Assembly: GCA_017460065.1 (NCBI GenBank)
Contig: JAFUBT010000003.1
Location: forward strand, 7,134-71,133
Direction: 5' to 3'
Length of the DNA stretch: 64,000 bases
DNA from: Candidatus Saccharimonadota bacterium
Lineage (GTDB): Bacteria > Patescibacteriota > Saccharimonadia > Saccharimonadales > Saccharimonadaceae
The notes under the pieces were generated by a model that had not been told where the DNA came from, did no database searches, and saw only the letters and a list, made by a program, of their open reading frames with translations. The translations under genes and the position numbers were made by a program. How positions within the stretch are numbered: position 1 is the stretch's first letter; each line of letters starts with the position of its first letter. Below are positions 56,335 to 63,703 of the stretch, piece by piece.

Positions 56335-57108
56335 ATGAAAAAAGTTCTTGCATTTGACGTTGATCAAACCCTAAACATCGCCAAGATGCCCATCCCCGAC
56401 GAAATCGCTGAACTCCTCATCGGCTGCCTCGACCACTACGAAATCTGCCCTATTTCCGGCCAAAAATACGAGCAATTCCTCATCCAGATTGTTGACCGGC
56501 TCAGCGAACACGGCGCCACGCCAGAACAACTCAGCCACCTACATCTCTTCGTCGCCCAAGGCACCCAATATTATCGCTACGATGCCGCCCAACAAACTTG
56601 GCAGCAAGTTTACAACTACCCACTTACCGACGCACAAGTCGCCAAAATCACTCAGGCCATCGAGCAAGCCGCGACCGAGCTCGGCTACTGGGAGGCTGAC
56701 AAGCTCGCCCCTGGCGACGAAATCATCGAAAACCGCCTCAGCCAAGTCACCTTCTCGGCCCTCGGCCAGACCGCTGGCACCGAGGCCAAGTACGCTTGGG
56801 ACCCCGATTGCAAAAAGCGTGAGGCCATCGTCAAACGCGCCAAAGAAATCGCCCCCGAATTTGAGTACGAGATTGGTGGCACCACCTCTATCAACGCCAT
56901 CACTCCAGGCATGAACAAAGTCTTTGGCATGACTCACCTCATGGAAGAGCTCAAAGTCGAAAAAGCCGACATCCTCTACTTCGGCGATATGACCCAGCCC
57001 GGCGGCAACGATTACCCAGTCGTCCAAATGGGCATCGACACCATCACCGTCCGCAACCACGAAGACACCGCCTACGCTCTCCGCGGCATCCTCGGCGTCA
57101 GCGCCTAA
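56335..57108 (+). CDS. HAD-IIB hydrolase (phosphomannomutase-like)
   Basis: AFDVDQTL (DxDxT), GGTTSINAITPGMNK, FGDMTQPGGNDY. Confidence 0.65.
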   Translation: MKKVLAFDVDQTLNIAKMPIPDEIAELLIGCLDHYEICPISGQKYEQFLIQIVDRLSEHGATPEQLSHLHLFVAQGTQYYRYDAAQQTWQQVYNYPLTDAQVAKITQAIEQAATELGYWEADKLAPGDEIIENRLSQVTFSALGQTAGTEAKYAWDPDCKKREAIVKRAKEIAPEFEYEIGGTTSINAITPGMNKVFGMTHLMEELKVEKADILYFGDMTQPGGNDYPVVQMGIDTITVRNHEDTAYALRGILGVSA

Positions 57109-57165
57109 CGCCGTCGCCTCGCCACCGCGCATACTGCTTTAGCTTTTTCATGCTAAAATAGGCTT

Positions 57166-57948
57166 ATGACTAGTCCAAGAAAAACTTATATCATCGCCAA
57201 CTGGAAGATGAACTTCACCCCTGGCCAAGCCAGCCTTTATCTCCAGCGGCTCAGCAATCGCGTCCAGACTTCACGCGATTTACAAGTTATACTTGCCCCT
57301 TCGACTATCTCTCTGCAACCCCTGTCGCTCCAAATCAACCGGCGTCAATTCAAGCTTGCCGCCCAGAATTTCTACTGGCGCGACTTCGGTCCCTATACGG
57401 GCGAAACCGCCATCTCGCAAATTCGTAGCTTCGTCGACTACGCCATCGTTGGCCACTCCGAGCGCCGCTACCTCTTCCACGAGAGCGAGCAAGATATCGC
57501 CGCCAAGGTCGCCGCCGCCATCCGCAACGGCGTTACTCCTATCCTTTGCATCGGCGAAACATCTTTCGAGCGCAAAAACGGCGAAACCAAATCCGCCATC
57601 TCCGCCCAGCTCCACGAGGGGCTTCACGATATCAGTGCCGAAGACGTCGACAAAGTCATCATCGCCTACGAGCCAGTCTGGGCCATTTCTAGCACCAAAA
57701 ACGCCCGCCCTGCCAAACCTGCTGACATTGCCGATGCCCAGGATCTCATTCGCAAGCAAATCGCTCGTCTCTACGGCAAAGCCACTGCCGAAAAAATCTC
57801 CGTCCTCTACGGCGGCTCCGTTAACGCCGATACCGCTGCTGGTTATCTCGCAATCCCCGGCATCGACGGCCTACTCGTCGGCGACGCCAGCTTGGTCGGT
57901 GATTCGTTCTGTAGTATAATAGAGGCAGCAAAAAGGTATCAGGAATGA
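57166..57948 (+). CDS. tpiA: triose-phosphate isomerase (leaderless start)
   Basis: IIANWKMN, VGHSERR, AYEPVWAI, YGGSVN. TGc TAAAAT at 57151-57159 lies 6 nt before the ATG. Confidence 0.9.
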   Translation: MTSPRKTYIIANWKMNFTPGQASLYLQRLSNRVQTSRDLQVILAPSTISLQPLSLQINRRQFKLAAQNFYWRDFGPYTGETAISQIRSFVDYAIVGHSERRYLFHESEQDIAAKVAAAIRNGVTPILCIGETSFERKNGETKSAISAQLHEGLHDISAEDVDKVIIAYEPVWAISSTKNARPAKPADIADAQDLIRKQIARLYGKATAEKISVLYGGSVNADTAAGYLAIPGIDGLLVGDASLVGDSFCSIIEAAKRYQE

Positions 57949-58790
57949 GCGATCACATCGATTACGACGAACTAGACAAAGCTGTCAACGAAGCAATCAA
58001 ATCTCGTCAGGCCGCCCGCCCCGTCCGCCGTCCTGCCGCAAAAACTGTTGTAAAAACCACAACGCCAAAGGCACCTCGTCCTCATGGCCAATACATTGAT
58101 TTTGTCGCCAAACGCCCCACCGTTAAGCGCAGCGTCGCTCGCCCCGTCACGAAACCTACTATCACCCAACCGGTTGCCCGCGGCCCACAACCGGCCATCC
58201 GGCGCGCTATCGTCCGGCCAACCACCCCTCGCCCCGTCGTCAAACCGGCCGCTCAGTCAACCGCCAGAGCCGCCCGTCCTCTCGCTAAGACCCCAACCGT
58301 CAAGGCACCCACTGCCCAACGCCCCATCGTCAAAGCCGCACCGCGGCCAACAGTGTCTCGCCCGCAACCAAAGCCCAATACCGTCGTTAGGCCAGCCATG
58401 CCCAGCCCTGCCGCTGTGGCCGCCACTAAAGCTGCCGCCGCAACTACCACTCCTGCCCCAGCCACGTCCAAAGATGACACCAAAGCCCCCAACGCCAACA
58501 ATTATTCTCTCGGCGGTCGCTCGCCTTTCATGATTGACGCCAAAGTCGACAAACGCCCCCTTGGCACCAACATCCCCGAGACCACCGCTCGCACTCTCCT
58601 TAGCACCAAGAACACCTACAGCCAAAAAGACCCCAGCGCAACCACCAAACGCCGCAAAGCCAACAAGCATATCATCACCGAATCCCCCAAGAAACACTCC
58701 GGCTGGCTCTGGACGCTCATCGTCCTCTTGGTCATCGCCGGTGGCGCCGGTCTCGGCTACCTTGCCTACCTCATCGTCTTCGCCAACTAG
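57945..58790 (+). CDS. Pro/Ala/Lys-rich low-complexity protein with C-terminal TM anchor
   Basis: Repeated RPxxKP and PTVxxP units. C-terminus GWLWTLIVLLVIAGGAGLGYLAYLIVFAN. The ATG overlaps the tpiA TGA (ATGA). Confidence 0.55.
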   Translation: MSDHIDYDELDKAVNEAIKSRQAARPVRRPAAKTVVKTTTPKAPRPHGQYIDFVAKRPTVKRSVARPVTKPTITQPVARGPQPAIRRAIVRPTTPRPVVKPAAQSTARAARPLAKTPTVKAPTAQRPIVKAAPRPTVSRPQPKPNTVVRPAMPSPAAVAATKAAAATTTPAPATSKDDTKAPNANNYSLGGRSPFMIDAKVDKRPLGTNIPETTARTLLSTKNTYSQKDPSATTKRRKANKHIITESPKKHSGWLWTLIVLLVIAGGAGLGYLAYLIVFAN

Positions 58791-58827
58791 CCAAAGCTCA
58801 CCATCTCTGGTATAATATCCACCACGT

Positions 58828-58905
58828 GGTGAGCGTAGCTCAGTTGGTTAGAGCATCTGATTGTGGTCCAGAGGGTCGGAGGTTCAAATCCTCTCGCTCA
58901 CCCCA
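58828..58905 (+). tRNA. tRNA-His(GTG) with encoded G-1 and C73, CCA encoded
   Basis: G-GTGAGCG acceptor, anticodon loop TTGTGGT, ending CGCTCAC-C-CCA. TGg TATAAT at 58808-58816. Confidence 0.9.
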
Positions 58906-58913
58906 TAACACCT

Positions 58914-58988
58914 GCGAGTTTCATATAACGGTTATTATGTGAGTTTTCCAAACTCAACATGAGAGTTCGACTCTCTCAACTCGCACCA
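58914..58988 (+). tRNA. tRNA-Gly(TCC), CCA encoded
   Basis: GCGAGTTTCATATAACGGTTATTATGTGAGTTTTCCAAACTCAACATGAGAGTTCGACTCTCTCAACTCGCACCA, followed by the tacccc/ggggta terminator. Confidence 0.85.
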
Positions 58989-59068
58989 AGCACAAAAGCT
59001 ACCCCCAACGGGGTATATTTTTATGCCACTTACAACTATCAAAAAGCCCGCCATTCCGGCGAGCTTCA

Positions 59069-59683
59069 TTAAACATTCCTTACCTGTAGAGCTTCCTTAC
59101 ACACTAAAAATCTACCTAAATCACTTTGTCTCCATTTCTCCTTTGTCGCCACGGGGTGCTCCGTGCCAGCATAGTAGATTCGCGCCCGATATTTTACCGC
59201 TCTTCGCAAGATAATCATGCAACGCCGCAAGTGAAAATCACTCGTCACCACTACATAAGACAACTCTTCAACTGCGTATCCCCTCTCCCTCAGCAAAGCT
59301 AGCGAATTAGCCACATTCTCATAGCTATTACGGGCTTGCTCTTCTACTATCAAATCACGGTATTTCATTCCCCATTCCAAAATCTGCGCCGCCAACGCGG
59401 CCGCCTCTGGACGATCTCGCAGTGTATTGTATTTTCCTACACCACCCGAGATGAGGACTTTCTTGACCACCCCTGCCTGATACAACTCGTAGGCTTTTCG
59501 CACGCGCGCAAAATCGTTCTCTGCGCCAAACACAAAAGCAATATCCGCCGCCCCCTCTTTTGGCAGCAACTCCGGCGACGAGAAAAACACACTCTCCTCT
59601 ATCTTTCCTAGCACATCATCCGGCAAGATTTTGACGAGACCACCGAACACCGCAGCACAAGTCTGCAGCTTCATGCGCCTCAC
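59069..59683 (-). CDS. DUF218 (YdcF/SanA/ElyC-like) protein
   Basis: VLISGG, VVVTSDFHLRRCMIILRR. TGg TATAAT on the minus strand at about 59724-59732. Confidence 0.65.
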   Translation of the reverse strand: MRRMKLQTCAAVFGGLVKILPDDVLGKIEESVFFSSPELLPKEGAADIAFVFGAENDFARVRKAYELYQAGVVKKVLISGGVGKYNTLRDRPEAAALAAQILEWGMKYRDLIVEEQARNSYENVANSLALLRERGYAVEELSYVVVTSDFHLRRCMIILRRAVKYRARIYYAGTEHPVATKEKWRQSDLGRFLVCKEALQVRNV

Positions 59684-59988
59684 CCCCTCTACAAATAAGG
59701 CCTGTTTTTAAGGTACTTTGCAGATTATACCACGAATCTCTATAAAATCAATGCGCCAGCAAGCCCACCGCGCATTTCGCATGACATATCAATACTACTC
59801 ATCACCATGGGCTATGACGCTATTTTTTGCCGCGGTCTTCAGGAAACTCACCCTATCACCGCAGCACGGAGTCTTCTGTTTCATCTTCAAAAATCTTAAT
59901 TACTGTTACGAATTTACCGCCGCAGCTCTTACATAGCAGCCCTACGAGCCTAAGCGACAAAGACATGGACCACATTGAAGACGAAAAT

Positions 59989-60114
59989 ACGGGCCGCACC
60001 CCAATCGTATTGTTGGCATTGTTGCCATTCGCATTACCATTGTTACCATTGAACACACCTGCGTTGGCGTTGTTGTTTTCGAAGTTGATCGGCGACACAC
60101 CCCACCACACAAAG
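59989..60114 (-). repeat. DGR template repeat (TR)
   Basis: 126 nt aligning without gaps to 62117-62242. Read in the VR frame it encodes FVWWGVSPINFENNNANAGVFNGNNGNANGNNANNTIGVRPV, rich in AAY codons. It lies 48 nt downstream of the RT stop. Confidence 0.9.
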
Positions 60115-60161
60115 CGCACTCTACGGTCCCTTTTGATGAAGACCCCTCCCAATTTTAGCAA

Positions 60162-61442
60162 TTACCACAAGCGCAACGCAATTCCCTCCGACGAACACTC
60201 CATCAACTCATCTCTCGTTTGTTCCAAGTAAGCCAATGCCATGTCGCCCCTTAGTCCTGCATAAAAATCCCCCATCGCATAAAGCATATTTCTATGCCGC
60301 AAAATCACCTCCGCCTCTCCAGCCGACCGACAATAAGCTCCATAATCCGCCAAGCTCCATCGAAAATCCGGCTGAGGCATCTTTCGTCGCACCGTAGTCG
60401 TCGCTCGCCAATAACCATAATAGCTCGCCAACGAGTGCCAATAGTCAAGTCTATCCTGTCGCGCTAGTTCCCGTAGACGCAACCGGATTCTTCGTCTAGT
60501 CCGCGGCGCCGCATCTACTCGTAACTTCGCCTCATGCGTGCGAAAACGAAAACCCAGAAACACAAACCCTCGCCGACAAGGGAATATCGCCGTCTTCGGG
60601 TTCAGCGCCAAATGATATTCCGTGTCTAGCTTCCGCTCTAATTCGCGCCACACTCGCCGCAGCTTAGCTTTACTAGTTGATAGAATCAAAAAATCATCCA
60701 TGTAGCGCACATAATATCTACAGCCCAACTTCTCCTTGATGTAGTGGTCTAAATCCGATAGATAATATATTGCCAAAAACTGGCTAGTCATAGCACCGAT
60801 ACTTAGCCCTCGTCCTTTCGTGTAGTGCGGTATATCCGTCCCATAACGATTGTTATAAAAGTCCACTGCTTCGTTAATATATTCGCTATCAGTTTCATCA
60901 ATAATCCTGCGCAATATATCCAAAACCTTTTCATCATACATTCGTCTGCGCACCTTTTTCAGCAAAATATCATGGTCAATACTATAAAAATACTTACTGA
61001 TGTCCAGTTTCAGCGCATATATTTCTTTCCCGGGTTCTCGCACCATTATTTGGTGAAAATAACGTTTCGTAAGCGCAATCCCCATTGCGCCACCTCTCCC
61101 CTTACGCGTTGCCACATTTGCCTCAATTAGGCTCTGCTCTAAATACGGTAATAGATAATTATTCGCCACAAAGTGGTTTACAATTTTATCCCGCACCGAC
61201 TGACTCATCACCAGACGCGCCTTTGGTTCAAAAATCATAAATGCCCGATACGGGTCAGGCCTATAGTCCCCCTCACGCAACTCTCTCAAGATACTATACA
61301 AATTTGCTTGCAAATTCATCGCAAAAATCGCCAGCTCTCGCTTGTTTTTGCAGGTCGTGCGCACCACACGCCAAGCCTCATACACTCTATCGTAGGTCAA
61401 GGCTTGGCCATATATCTCACGACTTCTTTGCCGTCTCTTCAC
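60162..61442 (-). CDS. DGR-type reverse transcriptase
   Basis: LSIGAMTSQFLAIYYL (the IGxxxSQ motif typical of DGR RTs) and YVRYMDDFLIL (YMDD). 426 aa with no maturase or endonuclease domains. Confidence 0.9.
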   Translation of the reverse strand: MKRRQRSREIYGQALTYDRVYEAWRVVRTTCKNKRELAIFAMNLQANLYSILRELREGDYRPDPYRAFMIFEPKARLVMSQSVRDKIVNHFVANNYLLPYLEQSLIEANVATRKGRGGAMGIALTKRYFHQIMVREPGKEIYALKLDISKYFYSIDHDILLKKVRRRMYDEKVLDILRRIIDETDSEYINEAVDFYNNRYGTDIPHYTKGRGLSIGAMTSQFLAIYYLSDLDHYIKEKLGCRYYVRYMDDFLILSTSKAKLRRVWRELERKLDTEYHLALNPKTAIFPCRRGFVFLGFRFRTHEAKLRVDAAPRTRRRIRLRLRELARQDRLDYWHSLASYYGYWRATTTVRRKMPQPDFRWSLADYGAYCRSAGEAEVILRHRNMLYAMGDFYAGLRGDMALAYLEQTRDELMECSSEGIALRLW

Positions 61443-61824
61443 GGTGTGCCCATCCGTAAGTAATTGTCTTCATCTCCAGCAATAGCGCTGCCACATGCTC
61501 CAATTTTGCAGATTTCACGCAATGCAAATCATAAACTTGTCTCAGTAGCATATCGGCCAAAGTCAGATGAATCTTCAACTCCGTCAGGTGCTTGCGCCGA
61601 ACATTTCCTACTGTAAAACTAGCCGCATAAATCTCTTGCGCAATCTTATACATTTCCTCCAACAAATGTATCCGAATGTCGCGATGCATATTCGGAATAT
61701 TGTTCGCAATTTGGCTTCGCACATAATTGTCCAAAGCATAAGCCTTATCTGCCAAACGAAACGTGTTGCTGTATTTATTATCCAAAGTCTTACTTAAGCC
61801 TTGTGTCTTTGTTCTCGTCGCCAT
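61417..61824 (-). CDS. avd: Avd-like accessory variability determinant (four-helix bundle family)
   Basis: 135 aa, basic and helical. Sits immediately upstream of the RT and overlaps it by 26 nt. Confidence 0.75.
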   Translation of the reverse strand: MATRTKTQGLSKTLDNKYSNTFRLADKAYALDNYVRSQIANNIPNMHRDIRIHLLEEMYKIAQEIYAASFTVGNVRRKHLTELKIHLTLADMLLRQVYDLHCVKSAKLEHVAALLLEMKTITYGWAHREETAKKS

Positions 61825-61881
61825 CCTTACACCAAGATGGGGCGCCCACTAGCGCCCCATCTCCCTATTTCTTAATTCTTT

Positions 61882-63486
61882 CTAGCGTCTGCGCAAACCG
61901 CGTCGTGCCACTATACTCCCCCCAACTACTACGACCGCAGCGGCGGCCATCACGGCAACCACGCTATCGCTCGTTGCCGGATTCACCGGTGTTTCCGGCG
62001 TCTCCTCTGGCGCCATTTCCTCATCTTCGCTCTCTGTCACCTCAGCGAGCGCCGTGAAAGGGTTTTCACGGCTGCCATCACCGTCAAAAGCGCCAAGCGT
62101 AGATTTTAATGAAACGACGGGCCGCACCCCAAGCGCATGGTAGGCAGCGCGGCCACGCGCATCACCAAAGTCACCAAAGAACACACCTGCGACGGCGTAG
62201 TCGCTCCCGAAGACGATCGGCGACACACCCCACCACACAAAGTTATCGTCAATGTAGGTACCCTTAGCATAGGCCGGATAACCGTTACCGGCCATAATCA
62301 TTTCGGTAGTGCTTAAGAGGCCAACCGGATATTTCAGGGTGCCGTTAGCGACCGTGTAGATGCCGCCCTGGTCAGTGTAATCGAAATTAACGGCGTTCAT
62401 CATGTTTGTTGAATCGTTCAGGCTACTATCTTTTTCCCGGCTGGCACCGTGATAGAAAGTATCGATGGTAGTATCGGTGTAGGAGTAGCCACATTGATCA
62501 AAGTTAGAGCCAAAGTCTGCATCCTTGGTAGAAAGTGAGCCACTGGCAAAGGTTTTACTGCCGTAGAAGATGGTGTCTTCAAGATACTCAGCGGCATCGG
62601 TCATATGTTCGGCATACCAGTTCTCTACGGCAGTTTTCGCCACGGAATCGTGCTCGTTTGCTGCCATCTTAGCAAGAGCAGTCTCCAAGGTATCTCCACC
62701 CGTGAAAGTAAGGAAGTAGCCATTTGTGTTGGTAGCGCTGCCGCGATAGTTTTCGTAGTAAACCTCAGAACAAGTGGTGCCGGTGGTGAGGCAGGTGTAG
62801 TGATGGCCGTTGTATGCGTTGGAGCCGCCAGTGACGGTATCCTGAAGCGTGTAGACCCCGTTGGCGTAAGTGACGTCATTGCCGAAGACGGTAGTGTTGG
62901 AAAAGCTTTTGCTAGTAGTTTCATAGCGCTCGCCGTACATATAGTACATGTCTGAGGGGGAGTTATAGCCGGCGTTGAACTGTGAAACGTCCGCAATGGT
63001 TCCCGGCCAGGTACTGGCGTCGTCAGGATTGAAGCTGTTTATCTTTTCCAAGCTCCAATCCGGGTCACCTAGACATTGGCCGTCGGTTGGCGTTCCATTG
63101 TATAACAGCTTTGTCCCGCCGGTTTCCGTAGTGCGTACAATCAGCCAGCACATGTCGTTCAGGATGACGTTATTGTCCGTCACGTTGCCACGATAGAAGT
63201 ACACTGGCTTGTCGTCATCTTTAGTTTCTTGAAGTATATACAAACCACCGATGTCGCTGATGGGGACGCCGTAGGTTTCGTCGACCTGTTCACCCGTTGC
63301 CGGAGCCTCGTTGAAATCTATCACGGTGTCTTTATCTGCCTGTGAGGCGAGATAATCGTAAAAAGTTTTATCGCCCGTGCCGGCTCCCGCCGCAAAAGCA
63401 TCTATCGGCGTCAGCACACTACTGCCCAGCAAAATACCGCCAGCAACCAGCGCGCCCAACCTTACACTATTCCTAGTTTGACCCAT
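61882..63486 (-). CDS. DGR variable surface protein: signal peptide, large N-terminal domain, C-type-lectin-fold VR domain, NPATS sorting signal
   Basis: MGQTRNSVRLGALVAGGILLGSSVL signal peptide. VR region NFVWWGVSPIVFGSDYAVAGVFFGDFGDARGRAAYHALGVRPVV. Tail PVNPATSDSVVAVMAAAAVVVVGGSIVARRGLRRR. Confidence 0.85.
   Translation of the reverse strand: MGQTRNSVRLGALVAGGILLGSSVLTPIDAFAAGAGTGDKTFYDYLASQADKDTVIDFNEAPATGEQVDETYGVPISDIGGLYILQETKDDDKPVYFYRGNVTDNNVILNDMCWLIVRTTETGGTKLLYNGTPTDGQCLGDPDWSLEKINSFNPDDASTWPGTIADVSQFNAGYNSPSDMYYMYGERYETTSKSFSNTTVFGNDVTYANGVYTLQDTVTGGSNAYNGHHYTCLTTGTTCSEVYYENYRGSATNTNGYFLTFTGGDTLETALAKMAANEHDSVAKTAVENWYAEHMTDAAEYLEDTIFYGSKTFASGSLSTKDADFGSNFDQCGYSYTDTTIDTFYHGASREKDSSLNDSTNMMNAVNFDYTDQGGIYTVANGTLKYPVGLLSTTEMIMAGNGYPAYAKGTYIDDNFVWWGVSPIVFGSDYAVAGVFFGDFGDARGRAAYHALGVRPVVSLKSTLGAFDGDGSRENPFTALAEVTESEDEEMAPEETPETPVNPATSDSVVAVMAAAAVVVVGGSIVARRGLRRR
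62051..62072 (-). promoter_or_regulatory. hairpin downstream of VR (candidate DGR target-recognition cruciform)
   Basis: gccgtgaaa-gggt-tttcacggc, a perfect 9-bp stem with a 4-nt loop, about 45 nt 3' of the VR end on the coding strand. Confidence 0.45.
62117..62242 (-). repeat. DGR variable repeat (VR)
   Basis: 25 mismatches to the TR over 126 nt. Every mismatch is at a TR position that is T on the printed strand, meaning A on the coding strand. 25 of the 34 TR adenines are substituted. Confidence 0.9.
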
Positions 63487-63599
63487 TCCTACTAACCCTT
63501 CCTAATTGTTTTTGACCTTTTTATCTTAAAATTAATTAACTTAAGCATAAACTAAATCACAAATAATTTCAAGTTATTACTGTTGTATTTTTTACCACA

Positions 63600-63628
63600 T
63601 TTGCCCAATCTCCCCTTCTCCGCTATAA
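63600..63628 (+). promoter_or_regulatory. candidate promoter
   Basis: TTGCCC (63600-63605), 17-nt spacer, TATAAT (63623-63628). Confidence 0.4.
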
Positions 63629-63634
63629 TCAAAA

Positions 63635-63703
63635 AAGATACGCCTCTAGGAAACGTATCAATGGGTTTGTTTCGTCTATCCTTTTCTCAAGGATAGACTT
63701 TTT
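63635..63703 (+). ncRNA. candidate ~70-nt small RNA (two hairpins, the second an intrinsic terminator)
   Basis: gatacg/cgtatc hairpin, then gtctatcc/ggatagac followed by TTTTTT, directly after the promoter. Divergent from the DGR target gene. Confidence 0.3.

Larger units (their letters stand above)
59989..63486 (-). mobile_element. diversity-generating retroelement cassette: variable protein - avd - RT - TR
   Basis: RT with DGR hallmark motifs, an Avd-like four-helix protein, and 126-nt TR/VR repeats with adenine-specific mismatches (see component features). Confidence 0.9.

Noticed and set aside
56539-57132. 197-aa minus-strand ORF, plus several plus-strand alternative-frame ORFs, over the HAD hydrolase gene.
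   Set aside because: These are shadow or alternative-frame ORFs. Only the 56335-57108 frame has an RBS (AGGAGG) and HAD motifs.
59856-60161. 101-aa ORF rich in Asn (NNNANAGVFNGNNGNANGNNANN).
   Set aside because: This is the translation of the DGR template repeat RNA region and not a protein gene. Its similarity to the VR region of the target protein is the TR/VR relationship itself.
60162-61442. The RT as a retron or group II intron reverse transcriptase.
   Set aside because: - The IGxxxSQ motif, the adjacent Avd-like gene and the A-mutagenised TR/VR pair identify it as a DGR RT.
- There are no intron RNA domains, no maturase or endonuclease domain, and no msr/msd-like repeats.
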